Shown here piece after piece: positions 18,048-28,411 of a stretch of DNA of 47,131 nucleotides (within the stretch, counting starts at the first letter, position 1; each line of letters begins with the position of its first letter). Source of the DNA: a virus. Taxonomy: Duplodnaviria > Caudoviricetes. The translations under genes were made by a program, and so were the position numbers. The stretch spans positions 1 to 47,131 of the IMG/VR virus record IMGVR_UViG_3300032040_000015. One strand, 5' to 3'. Under the pieces are notes generated by a model that was given only the letters and a program-made list of their open reading frames with translations, did not search any database and was not told where the DNA came from.

Positions 18048-18910
18048 TGACCCACCGCGAGCACGGAACCCACGTCAAGTACGTCATCGACAGATGCCGC
18101 TGCGACGACTGCCGCACCGCCACCGCCGCCTACGAAGCCCACAGGTCACGCCAACGCGCCTACGGCATCGACGCCTACATTGACGCCACCCCCGCCCGGA
18201 CCCACGTCCGCCGCCTCGGCGCCCAAGGCATGGGCTGGAAACGAGTCGCCCGCACAGCCGGCCTCTCACCGTCGACCGTCTGGAAACTTCTGTACGGCGA
18301 TCCGAGCCGCAACCGCGTCCCGAACAAGCGAATCAGGCCAGCCACCGCGAACACCATCCTCGCCGTCACCCTCGACCTCGCCGACGGGCAGATCATCGAC
18401 GGAACCGGCACCACCCGCCGCATCCAGGCCCTAGTAGCCATCGGCTGGTCGCAATCCTCGATCGCTCGCCGTGTAGGCATCCATCCTGCGAACCTCACAC
18501 CCCTCGCCCACGGCCGCCGCTCCGTCCATGTCGGCACCGCCCGCGCCGTCATCGACCTATACGACGAACTCTGCATGACCCCAGCACCAACCGGCAACCG
18601 GCACAGCAACACCTCGCGCACCAGGGCACTGAACTACGCAGCCGCGCACGACTGGGCACCACCCCTCGCCTGGGATGAAGACACCATCGATGACCCGGCA
18701 GCCACCCCAGCAGTTGAACACGCCAACGAAGACCCCGACGTTGACGAGGTCGCGATCCAACGCCGTATGGGAGGCGACCGCACCATCCGCCTCACCAAAG
18801 CCGAAAAATACGAACTCGTCGCCTGCTGGCAGAACACCGGCCGCTCCCTCAACGAGCTCGAACGAGTCACCGGACTCAACCGCCGCCGCTACCTCCCGGA
18901 ACCCGCATGA
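18047..18910 (+). CDS. HTH DNA-binding protein (multi-HTH, N-terminal CRC..C)
   Basis: HGT...Y...CRC..CR, RRIQALVAIGWSQ..IA, W.PPLAWD..TIDDP. Confidence 0.8.
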   Translation: MTHREHGTHVKYVIDRCRCDDCRTATAAYEAHRSRQRAYGIDAYIDATPARTHVRRLGAQGMGWKRVARTAGLSPSTVWKLLYGDPSRNRVPNKRIRPATANTILAVTLDLADGQIIDGTGTTRRIQALVAIGWSQSSIARRVGIHPANLTPLAHGRRSVHVGTARAVIDLYDELCMTPAPTGNRHSNTSRTRALNYAAAHDWAPPLAWDEDTIDDPAATPAVEHANEDPDVDEVAIQRRMGGDRTIRLTKAEKYELVACWQNTGRSLNELERVTGLNRRRYLPEPA

Positions 18911-19119
18911 AGTGCCCCACCTGCAACCAAGACGTCATCAACGACGGCACCCGCCTCCTCAACCCCACCAAATCCCGCATCGGCCGCTACCTCCCCGACG
19001 GCACCCAAACCACACCAAACGACCTCCGCCAAGGCATCCGCGCCCACCACACCCACTACTGCCAACCCGGTGCAACCGCACCAACAACACCCACCCCAGA
19101 ACAGCAACCACTGTTCTAA
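18907..19119 (+). CDS. Small Zn-ribbon protein
   Basis: MKCPTC; ATGA-coupled. Confidence 0.6.
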   Translation: MKCPTCNQDVINDGTRLLNPTKSRIGRYLPDGTQTTPNDLRQGIRAHHTHYCQPGATAPTTPTPEQQPLF

Positions 19120-19137
19120 CCCAGGAAGGCACCACCC

Positions 19138-19470
19138 ATGACCACCAAAATCACCAGCGCACTCCCCAAGTCCGACGAAACCAACGGCCTCAACCACATC
19201 ACCGCCGACCTATGCGACAACCCACAGACGCTGCACGTCGCCATCGTCGTACTCGACTGCGCCCAGATCACCACCGACATCGACACCGGCGAATCCATCC
19301 CTACCGCACGCATCCGACGCGTCGAGGTCATCGACCGACCCGAGGACAAGAAGCGCCTCGGCGACCTCGCCACCAGAGCATTCGAGACCCGCACCGGAGC
19401 CACCGTCCTACCCCTCGAACTTGAGGACGAGCTGCGCGCCGCGTTCGGCGACACCAACACAGACGAGTAA
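19138..19470 (+). CDS. Hypothetical phage protein
   Basis: AGGAAGG RBS; DTGE..PT.RIRRVE motif. Confidence 0.7.
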   Translation: MTTKITSALPKSDETNGLNHITADLCDNPQTLHVAIVVLDCAQITTDIDTGESIPTARIRRVEVIDRPEDKKRLGDLATRAFETRTGATVLPLELEDELRAAFGDTNTDE

Positions 19471-19545
19471 CACCAAAGGGCATCAGCACACGCCCGGGCA
19501 GGCAACAACGGACCCGCCCGGGCAAACCCACCACGGGAAGACCGG

Positions 19546-21093
19546 ATGACCAACGTGTACGACGACCAACCACCCGACGACAACACGTACAACAACGTCA
19601 CCCCGCTACGCCCACACACCAACAGGGCAGCCGAACAAGCACTCATCACCACCATTCTTCGCTACCCAGAAACCGCACACAACCTCATCAACCTCGTCAA
19701 CCCCGACGACTTCCACTGGCCCGAACACGAAACCATCTGGACCGCCTACCAAACAGTCCTCGCACAAGGACTCATCCCCGACCACATCGCCGTCAACGCC
19801 CAACTCGCCAAGCAACCCGCCGCCCGCCGACCACGCCTCGAAGAATATCTGGCAGACAGCACTACCCCCACACTCCCCACCCAGGCCGACTACTACGCCG
19901 GTCTCGTCCGTGAGGCCGCCGGCGCCAGACGAGCCACCACCGACGCCAACCGCGTCCACCTCCAACTGCAAGCCGCCACCGACACGGCCTCAGTCGAGAA
20001 CGCCCTCGCCGACGCCCTCGACATCTTCGAACACCACACCCGCACCCTCTACTCGGGCGGCACCACCAACACCACACCACTACACGCCGACCTCACCGGC
20101 ATCCTCGTGGGCGGCATCCCCCAACCAGCACCCCCCACCATCTGCCGCCGCCAAGACGGCCACCACCTCTTCTACCCAGGCCGCGTCAACGGCCTCTACG
20201 GCGACCCCGAATCCGCCAAAAGCTGGATCGCCCAAATGGGCATCGTCGAAACCATCACCCAAGGCGGACGCGCAGCCCTCATCGACGTCGACCACAACGG
20301 CCCCGCCGCCACCGCCGCCCGCCTCGCCAACCTCGGCGCACCCCCCCACCTCATCGCCAACCCTGACCACTTCCGCTACTACGAACCAGACGACCGCGAC
20401 GAACTCCTCGCCACCATCACCCAAGCAGTCACCTTCCAACCCCACATCGCCATCCTCGACAGCCTCGGCGAACTCCTCCCCATGTACGGCGCCAGCTCCG
20501 TCGACAACGACGAAATCACCGACGCCCTCAGACACCTCGCCAACCCGCTGGCCAACACCGGCGCCTGCGTCATCACCATCGACCACCTCCCCAAAAATGC
20601 CGAAGCCCGAACCAGCGGCTACGCCATCGGCGGCACCGCCAAAAAACGCGCCATGGACGGCGCCCTCATCCACGTCGACACCAAAACCCCAGCAGCACCC
20701 GGCCAAACCGGCCGCATGGTGCTGCGCATCGAAAAAGACCGCCCCGGACGCCTCCGCGAAGTGTCCTCAGGCAAATACGCCGGCACCTTCATCCTCGACT
20801 CCACAGGCCCCACCATCATCGCCACCATCGACATGGAAACCGCCCCCACCGACCAGGACGGCGCCAAGCGCTACACGATCTTCATGGAGAAAATCTCCCG
20901 CTACGTCGAAGACCACGACCAAGCCACCTTCAACGACATCTGCGACGCCGTCAAAGGCACAGAGAAGTACCTCCGGGCCGCCGTCAAAGCACTCATCGAC
21001 GAAGGCTTCATCGCCACTTTCCCAGGCCCCCGCAGAAGCACCCTCCACCACTCCATCGCCCACTATCGGGAGGCCGAAGATGACCGCGCCTAA
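19546..21093 (+). CDS. Replicative helicase-like protein (DnaB N-terminal domain + RecA-family ATPase)
   Basis: AEQALI..IL...DF....HE.IW (DnaB-N); variant Walker A YGDPESAKS; Walker B AILDS; IDH; EKDR.G. Confidence 0.8.
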   Translation: MTNVYDDQPPDDNTYNNVTPLRPHTNRAAEQALITTILRYPETAHNLINLVNPDDFHWPEHETIWTAYQTVLAQGLIPDHIAVNAQLAKQPAARRPRLEEYLADSTTPTLPTQADYYAGLVREAAGARRATTDANRVHLQLQAATDTASVENALADALDIFEHHTRTLYSGGTTNTTPLHADLTGILVGGIPQPAPPTICRRQDGHHLFYPGRVNGLYGDPESAKSWIAQMGIVETITQGGRAALIDVDHNGPAATAARLANLGAPPHLIANPDHFRYYEPDDRDELLATITQAVTFQPHIAILDSLGELLPMYGASSVDNDEITDALRHLANPLANTGACVITIDHLPKNAEARTSGYAIGGTAKKRAMDGALIHVDTKTPAAPGQTGRMVLRIEKDRPGRLREVSSGKYAGTFILDSTGPTIIATIDMETAPTDQDGAKRYTIFMEKISRYVEDHDQATFNDICDAVKGTEKYLRAAVKALIDEGFIATFPGPRRSTLHHSIAHYREAEDDRA

Positions 21094-21103
21094 CCACCCC
21101 ACG

Positions 21104-21242
21104 ACTGTCGCGGCCACTGTCGCGGCACTGTCTCGAAAAGACCTCTCCGGGCAGACGCGAAGCGACTGTCGCGACCCGCGCCCCTATCTTCGATGGGCGC
21201 GACAGTCAGCGAGCCCGCGCCACTGTCGCGGCCAGCGTCGCG
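21104..21242. repeat. ACTGTCGCG iteron-like cluster (candidate replication origin)
   Basis: Copies at 21104, 21116, 21127 (variant), 21165, 21222 and inverted at 21198. Confidence 0.7.
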
Positions 21243-21291
21243 AAACACCCAACCAGAACACCCACACCAACACCGAACACGAGGACCGCCC

Positions 21292-21987
21292 ATGACAACC
21301 CCGAACCCCGAACCCGGCCATGGCAGCCACCTATGCGGCCGGCCCCTGTCGAAGGGGAAACCAGGCACCTGCAAGCGGCCAGCAGGTTGGGGCACCGACC
21401 ACGTCGGCGTCGGCTCCTGCAAACTCCACCTGGGCAAGACCGAGTCGCACACCAAGGCAGCCCATGTCGAGCAGGCCCGTCGCGATGTTGCCCTGTTCCG
21501 TGCCCGTCGCGACATCCACCCCGCCGAGGCTCTGCTCGAGCTCGTGCAATGGACGGCCGGTGAGGTCGACTACTGGCGGGCCCGGGTCGCCGAACTCGAT
21601 GAGGAGGACCTGACCTGGGGTACGACGAAGGTCAAGACTGGTGGCGACGATGCCGGTGTCACCGAGGAGGCGAAGCCGAACGTCGCCTATGTGATGTTGA
21701 CGGATGCTTCGAACCGTTTGGATCGGTACTCTTCGTCGGCCCTGAAGGCTGGTGTGGACGCGGCGTTGGTGCGGATTGCGCAGTCGCAAGGTGCGCAGTT
21801 GATCGCCGTGATCGAGCAGCACGAGGTGGCCAAGCGCGGCTGGGTGCTTCATACCGGTCAGCGCGCGATCGACGGCGGTTGGTCCATCGAGCGACTCATG
21901 GCTGAGCTGGATGAGCAGTGGCAGCCACATACTGCGTCAGTGATGCCCGCCCTCCTCCGGGCCGTTGATGGTGGGGCCACGTCATGA
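21292..21987 (+). CDS. Terminase small subunit-like protein (C..H Zn motif, HGGxSTG-like)
   Basis: C.RPAGWGTDH.G.G.CKLH.G, P.EALL.......G.V, ALKAGVD...VR.A pattern. Confidence 0.6.
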   Translation: MTTPNPEPGHGSHLCGRPLSKGKPGTCKRPAGWGTDHVGVGSCKLHLGKTESHTKAAHVEQARRDVALFRARRDIHPAEALLELVQWTAGEVDYWRARVAELDEEDLTWGTTKVKTGGDDAGVTEEAKPNVAYVMLTDASNRLDRYSSSALKAGVDAALVRIAQSQGAQLIAVIEQHEVAKRGWVLHTGQRAIDGGWSIERLMAELDEQWQPHTASVMPALLRAVDGGATS

Positions 21988-24900
21988 GTTGGGTCGCTGG
22001 ATGGCTACAGGCCAGGGCTGAGGCTCGTGAACGATTCGCCACCCTCGACCGGGTCGGCGTCGAGACAGGCGTGGTCGACCAACTGCGGTACCGGTCGTCC
22101 GTCCACGCCGCTGCTGCTATCGAGCTGGCGAAGCTGGGGATCCCCGGCCATCGTCTCGTCGATTTCGCCGAAGCCGCCGCCGACCGGTCAGCGATTCATG
22201 GCCTACCGGTTGAGGACGCGGCGTACGACCTCGGCTACCTGAGCGCCACATTCGGGTCGGACTACGACCCGAGGTTGTTGAACAACGTCGCCGAACACTT
22301 TCGCCGCCGCTAGACCACCACCGATGAGGAGAACCCGTCATGACCGAAGCTGAAGACACCCGCGATCTCGCGCTCGAACTGTTCGAGATGGACCAGACCG
22401 GTGCGATCGACATGGACACGTGGCCCGCCGCGAAGAAGGTCGTCGAGCGGCACACCTCCACCCCGTTCGCCGGCTGCCGCTCGTGCGGTGAACCGCTCGT
22501 GTCGACGTTCGAGTGGCGCGGGTACGAGTTCATCTGCATGGGCTGCGGCCGCCACTGGGCGTTCTTGCAACCCCGCCCGATCCCATTCTCGCTCGAGGTC
22601 ACCCGCCGGCACGACGAGCTCCGGGCGCAGTACGACGTGGAGCGCAAGGAGCGCGCTGAGGCCCGTGAACGATTCGCCCAACCCACCACCGAGAAGGAGA
22701 ACCACTGATGTCGAATTTCACGAAGTGCGACAACCCAAAGTGCGAGAACACCAAGCCCGACGTCCGCCGCACGTGCGACTGGCCCTGGTTGCAGGTGAGC
22801 CGGGAGACGGAACCGGATCGGGACTTCTGCTCCAAGCAGTGCCTCGCCATATGGGCCGCCCCTGGGTCGACGTCCGAGCGGCTGACGGGAGTGCGGTCAT
22901 GAGCGACACCCCAAAGAAGCCCGAAGACAACACCCGTGTCCGCGGTGTGTGGGTTGCCTACCACCAGGACATGTCGTCGGTGACGCCGCATTCGTCGGAG
23001 GTTGCTGCGTTGCGTGACGCGGTTGGTGGTTCGAAGCAGGTTGTGTTTGTTCCGTTTGGGACGGCCGTTGAGGAGGCGACACGATGAGCACCTCAGCAGA
23101 CTCGACCGGTCGTGGCTTTTCGCATGTGCGGGAGGCGGTCGAGAGGGCGCTAGAGCCGGTCATCAACGAATCGCTGGACGTCATCGACCACATGCAGCGG
23201 ACGGGATCGACAGAGCGGGTCATGCAGGCGCTCCTGCTTCGTGACCACCTCGCCGCTGTCCTTGCCCCGCTGGTTGAGGCCGAGAAGGCTGCGGCGTTGC
23301 GGGAGGCGGCTGACGAGATGACCCGCGTGATCGCTGACGGTGATGTTGCCGACCTCGCCGGGTACGTACCCGGCGAGGTCGGTCGTGCCTCAGCAGTTCA
23401 GGGGCGGGACTCGCTCTATGAAGAACCCGATCAGTGGCTCCGCGACTGCGCTGCCACGTACACCACCACGGAAGGAAACGAATCATGAACGATCTAATCC
23501 CCACACCTACGAACCAGTGCCGCTGCACGATGATCTCGGAGCAAACTCTCGAAGAGCCGTCCGACTGGGAGCAGGCCGACGACTGCCCGGTGCACCCGCT
23601 CACCACGCCCACGGACCCGACATGGCTGCACGAGGCGGTAGAGGCTGGGGCGGGTGCCTACGATCTGCGCGCCGCCATCCTCGCCGCTCTGCCTGAGATC
23701 ATGGGTGGGGTCGCAGCGGCGGCACACCTGCCCGACTGGTGCAAATGCCCCGACGATTGCGACTGCGACGGCGTGCTGATCCTCACAGAAGACGAAGTCC
23801 GCAACTTCGGGTCGGAGGTGACCCGATGATTTCCGAGGCGTACTGCGTCGACAGTGGCGCACCAGTCCGATACGAGGCTGGAGATCGCTGCATCAAGCAC
23901 GGAGCGGCCCCTACGCCGTGCTTCGCCGCGCTGCGTGACCCGCGCTGCGAACATCCTCGACGGAACGCGAACGGCTCGGGTCGCTGCGACGAGTGCGGGT
24001 CGGGGGTGCCCCGATGAAGATCCGCTGCAAGGTCTGCGGCCAGGCCATTCAGGCACGAGTTCCCAAGGGGGGTGACGGGTCCGCCCTACGCCCATACGTT
24101 CACGGTGGACCACCTCGTGACCGCTGCAGAGGTTCGTGGCGTGATGTGGACGCCTCAGAAGCATTCGATCGTGAGGCCACCCGATGAGCGCCGAGCGTGA
24201 CGCCGTGGTCGAGGCGATGGCACGGGCGATGCGACCCGCGATCTTCAGGCGCCCCGATTCCGCCGTGGGTGAGGCAACCTTGGATGAGCGCGAGTCCACG
24301 CGTCGCCAAGCCGCCGCCGCCTACGATGCCGCCCTGCCGCTGATCGTGGGGCCGCTGCGGGAGTTGGCCGACAACCTGCCGCACGTCGGATCGTGTCGCC
24401 TACCCGACGAGCCGTGCTCGTGTCGGACGATCGAGTTCCGAACCGCCGTTCTCGACGCCCTGCCGGGTGGTGAGCAGGAGCCGCAGTGCGAGTGCGAGAT
24501 GGGCTGGCAGTGTGACTTCTGCCGACAGTTCAGCCGTGGGTACAACGGTGGTGACGCATGACCGCGGCGGAGTGCCCGGATTGCGGCCACCTGCACACCC
24601 CGGACGGATGCTCTGGCGATCCGACGCCTTCCGACCTCTGGGCAGGCGTGTCCCCGGCCATCTGCGACTGCGGGTACGACGCATGAGCGCCCCGGACGTG
24701 TCCGCGATCCGGGCAAGGCTGGCGGGGGCAACACCGGGACCGTGGGACTGGACACCGATGCCCAGGCATCCCGGCATCCTCGACGTCACGGGTGTGCGCC
24801 CGGACCGAGAATTGGGACCAGCCGAGGTGTTTGTGGCTGAGGTGCGCGGCAACGGCCAAGCCGACGCCGATCTGATCGCGCACGCACCGGCTGATCTCGC

Positions 24901-25284
24901 CGCCCTGCTCGACCTCGTGGACCAGCAGGCGGCGGTCATCGACAACGTGACCGCGCTGGCTGACGACTGGGAGCGACGGGGCGAGTACGGCGATGCCAGC
25001 CTGACCGAGGGGGCACGAGCTATCCGCGCCGCTCTCAACCAGGACAAACCATGACCTCCCACACCCACCCCGGCCACATCGGCACCTGCCAGGTCTGCGG
25101 CAAACGGTGCTTCACCAGCCGCAAAGCCGCACGCAAAGCCATCCGCACCATCGGCGACGGCGACCACATGACCGCCTACAGGTGCGGTGCGTCGTACTGG
25201 CACATCGGCCACCTACCCAAAGCCGTCATCAAAGGCAAAACCAGCCGTGACCGGATCATCGACACCAGGAAGGCCACACCATGA
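21984..25284 (+). CDS. Array of about 12 small coupled hypothetical genes (21984, 22340, 22708, 22899, 23084, 23485, 23826, 24014, 24184, 24558, 24683, 25051 starts)
   Basis: RBS plus ATGA/TGATG coupling; many CxxC motifs; 24683 has the ATPGPW...ADLIAHAP.D..ALL motif. Confidence 0.65.
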
Positions 25285-26192
25285 CCAACCGCCACCGCAG
25301 CACACTCCGAGGAATGACCTGCCTGCGATGCGCAGCCACCACCACCAACGGCCTCGCCCTCTGCGACCTCTGCCAACGCAAAGCCATGGCAGACCTTGAT
25401 TACCTGCCGACCTACTTCACCAACCTCACGCGCTGGCGTCCTGGCCGAGCTGGATCACGACGCATACCAGGATCGGTCGTGCTCTGGGACGGCGAACCCC
25501 AAGGCTCAGGCGACCGAGTCCGAGACGCACTTGACGAGTTCAGCAATGCCCTGTCCACCTGGGCCAGAATGCTCGCCGACTCTCGCCCGATCGTCCGCCG
25601 TCCACTGGAACTCTTCGACGCGGTGATCCTCGACGAAGGTGACCTGTCCGACCTGGACGACTCGCAGACGACCCGCCTGCTCTGTGGAGGCTTCTACAAG
25701 AATTTGACCAGCATCGCCACCCAGGATTGGGCTGGTGAGTTCGTCACCGAGTTGGGCCGCCACGAGGAGAACCTACGAACCATCACCGAGGACGTAGCCC
25801 CAGGCTGGTACGCCGGCACCTGTCGGGGTTGCGGGTACGCCACATTCGTCATCCCAGGCCTAACCTGGGTGACCTGTTCGTTCTGCGGGATGACGACCTA
25901 CGCTCGCGACCGCCTACCGATCGTCCTGAACGAAGCGCGCGGGTGGGTCGCCCGCCCCCGCCAGATCGCCGACGTGATCGTGGCGCTGGTCGACGGCGAA
26001 CACAGCGCCAAGCGGGTCTACGACCGGATCCGGCAATGGGCCAGCCGCGAGATGATCGAGCCCGTGGATTCTTGGGGATATGACCCGCGACTCGGATACG
26101 CCAACGACAAGGTCATGGCCCATCGCTACCGACTGGGCGACGTGCTCGACCTGCGCGAATCGACACGTCGAAGTGAAGTCGTGGCGTCCTGA
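25281..26192 (+). CDS. Zn-finger/HTH protein, possible late-gene regulator
   Basis: N-terminal CxxC pairs, G.C..C...C..CG, C-terminal RIRQWASR...YRLGDV; last early gene before packaging module. Confidence 0.65.
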   Translation: MTNRHRSTLRGMTCLRCAATTTNGLALCDLCQRKAMADLDYLPTYFTNLTRWRPGRAGSRRIPGSVVLWDGEPQGSGDRVRDALDEFSNALSTWARMLADSRPIVRRPLELFDAVILDEGDLSDLDDSQTTRLLCGGFYKNLTSIATQDWAGEFVTELGRHEENLRTITEDVAPGWYAGTCRGCGYATFVIPGLTWVTCSFCGMTTYARDRLPIVLNEARGWVARPRQIADVIVALVDGEHSAKRVYDRIRQWASREMIEPVDSWGYDPRLGYANDKVMAHRYRLGDVLDLRESTRRSEVVAS

Positions 26193-26318
26193 ATTACAGC
26201 CGTGCTATTCTTGTCACAACTCGATGCATTTCTGTGACCCCAAAACGCTGGCAATTGAAAGTCCCCCGCATCTGCGCAAACAGACCGGGGGCATGGCCGA
26301 CCTGAATGAGAGACCGAC

Positions 26319-26972
26319 ATGACCAACCGTACCTGCAATATCGCCGGATGCGAAAGCACCAAGATCATCGCCCGCGGCTGGTGCAACGCCCACTACAAGC
26401 GCTGGCACCGACACGGCGACCCACTCGCTGACATCAACCGCCGAGCACCTGACGGCGCCACCATCGAAGAACGCCTCAAGTACGTCGGATGGATAGAGAT
26501 CCAAGTCCGGCCCGGCATGACTCCCTGCTGGGAATGGAACGGGCTCCGCGACAAGGCAGGCTATGGCCGCCTCTGGGACGGCACCCGAGTCGAGGCAGCA
26601 CACCGCGCCTCCTTCGCTGCCTGGGGCACAGGGGAAAACGCCGGACACTTCATCCAGCACGGTTGCGACAACCCACCGTGCATGAACCCTGACCACCTAA
26701 CCCGCGGAACCGTGCAGACCAACACCGCCGAGATGGTCGCGAAGAAGCGCTCCGCCAACGGAGAGCGCAAGCCGCAGACCAAACTCACCGATCTTCAGGT
26801 CGCTGCGATCCGCGATGCCTACACAGGTGAACGCGGACAACAGGCGCGGCTGGCCGAAGAACATGGGGTCGCTCCCTCGTACATCAGCATGCTCGTCCAT
26901 GGGCTGAACCGCGCAGAGCCGACACACGAGGAGGGGCGCCGTGACGCTCACCGTGTGGGAGTTGGCAGCTAG
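26319..26972 (+). CDS. Free-standing HNH homing endonuclease
   Basis: ARGWCNAHYKRW, CWEW.G....GYG, AHR, H.CDNPPC.NP.HL..GT...N, C-terminal HTH. Confidence 0.9.
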   Translation: MTNRTCNIAGCESTKIIARGWCNAHYKRWHRHGDPLADINRRAPDGATIEERLKYVGWIEIQVRPGMTPCWEWNGLRDKAGYGRLWDGTRVEAAHRASFAAWGTGENAGHFIQHGCDNPPCMNPDHLTRGTVQTNTAEMVAKKRSANGERKPQTKLTDLQVAAIRDAYTGERGQQARLAEEHGVAPSYISMLVHGLNRAEPTHEEGRRDAHRVGVGS

Positions 26973-28401
26973 ACAGTTCGAACCACGGCCTATCTCGCCA
27001 TACCTCGCCGACCCAGCCGGATGGGTCAGAGATCGGCTCGGCGAACACCTCTGGTCCAAGCAGCAAGACATCATGGCCTCGGTCGTCACCAACCGGCGCA
27101 CTGCTGTGAAGTCTTGCCACGACTCCGGCAAGTCCTACACCGCATCCCGCATCGCCGACTGGTGGATCGACGTCCACGAACCAGGCGAAGCATTCGTCGT
27201 CTCCACCGCACCCACCTACAAGCAGGTCCACGCAATCCTCTGGGAAGAGATCCGCAAAGCCGCGAAGCTCGCCGAACGCAACGGCAACGCCCTCCCCGGA
27301 CGCGTCCTGCAGTCCGATGAATGGAAGCTCGACGACGGCACCCTAGTCGGATTCGGACGCAAGCCGGCCGACACCGACGAACACGGCTTCCAAGGCATCC
27401 ACCGCCGCTACGTCCTAGTCATCATCGACGAAGCCTGCGGCGTCCCCGACCAGCTCTGGACTGCTGTCGAAGCGGTCACCACGAACGCCGACTGCCGCAT
27501 CTTGGCGATCGGGAACCCCGACGACCCGAACACAGAGTTCGGACGGGTCTGCAAACCAGGCTCCGGGTGGGACGTCCACACGATCAGTGCTTTCGATACA
27601 CCGAACTTCACCGATGAAGCGGTCCCCGAGGGTCTGCGACCGTTGCTCCTGTCGCCGGAGTGGGTCGAGGACAAGCAGCGGCGGTGGGGCGTCACCTCAC
27701 CTAGGTACGTCTCGAAGATCCTCGGCGAGTTCCCCGACATCGGCGAAGACACCCTCATCTCCCCCAAGCTCATCAAAGCAGCCCAACTACGGTCGCTGAA
27801 ACCGGACACCAATGATCAACGCCTGGGCGTCGACGTCGCTCGCTTTGGCACCGACCGATCAGTCGTCATGAACCTCTCCGGCTCGGTCGCGCGTGTAGTC
27901 GGCGACTGGGGCAAGCAGTCCACCACCGAGACAACCGGAAATGTTGTGGTGATTGCCCGCGAGATACTCGGCCCATTCGAGATCCGCGTGGACGGTGTCG
28001 GTGTCGGTGGCGGTGTCGTCGACCAGCTCATCGAGCAAGGTTGGGAAGTCATCGACATGCAGGCCGGCGCCGCGGCAATGGACTCCAAGCACTTCCTCAA
28101 CGCCAGGGCCGAATGGTTTTGGGGGTTGCGGCAACTGTTTGAGGACGGCGACATAGATATCGACCCCGATGACGACGAACTGGCAGCCCACTTGGGGGCA
28201 CTCAAGTACAAGTACACGTCGCGTGGGCAGGTGCAGATCGAGTCCAAGGACGAGATCAAGAAGCGCGGACTGCCTTCACCTGACCGTGCTGACGCTCTGA
28301 TGCTCGCGGCCGCTCACGTCCCCGATCCGGAACGGATCTACGACCTGAGCGACTTGGAGCCTGACGTTGCCGACTTCGTGATCGACCCACTAGCCAGCTG
28401 A
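26941..28401 (+). CDS. terL: Terminase large subunit
   Basis: Walker A SCHDSGKS, Walker B IIDEA, IGNP, nuclease GVDVARFG.D, SPDRADAL. Confidence 0.95.
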   Translation: MTLTVWELAARQFEPRPISPYLADPAGWVRDRLGEHLWSKQQDIMASVVTNRRTAVKSCHDSGKSYTASRIADWWIDVHEPGEAFVVSTAPTYKQVHAILWEEIRKAAKLAERNGNALPGRVLQSDEWKLDDGTLVGFGRKPADTDEHGFQGIHRRYVLVIIDEACGVPDQLWTAVEAVTTNADCRILAIGNPDDPNTEFGRVCKPGSGWDVHTISAFDTPNFTDEAVPEGLRPLLLSPEWVEDKQRRWGVTSPRYVSKILGEFPDIGEDTLISPKLIKAAQLRSLKPDTNDQRLGVDVARFGTDRSVVMNLSGSVARVVGDWGKQSTTETTGNVVVIAREILGPFEIRVDGVGVGGGVVDQLIEQGWEVIDMQAGAAAMDSKHFLNARAEWFWGLRQLFEDGDIDIDPDDDELAAHLGALKYKYTSRGQVQIESKDEIKKRGLPSPDRADALMLAAAHVPDPERIYDLSDLEPDVADFVIDPLAS

Positions 28402-28411
28402 GGAGGATGCC

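Noticed and set aside
21104-21242. CRISPR mini-array
   Set aside because: Repeats are only 9-12 nt, irregularly spaced and in both orientations; no cas operon (the PD-(D/E)XK nuclease is a typical phage exonuclease)
19910-21295. 461-aa Pro/Thr/Ser-rich alternate-frame ORF
   Set aside because: Shadow of the C/A-biased helicase gene; low complexity with no protein motifs
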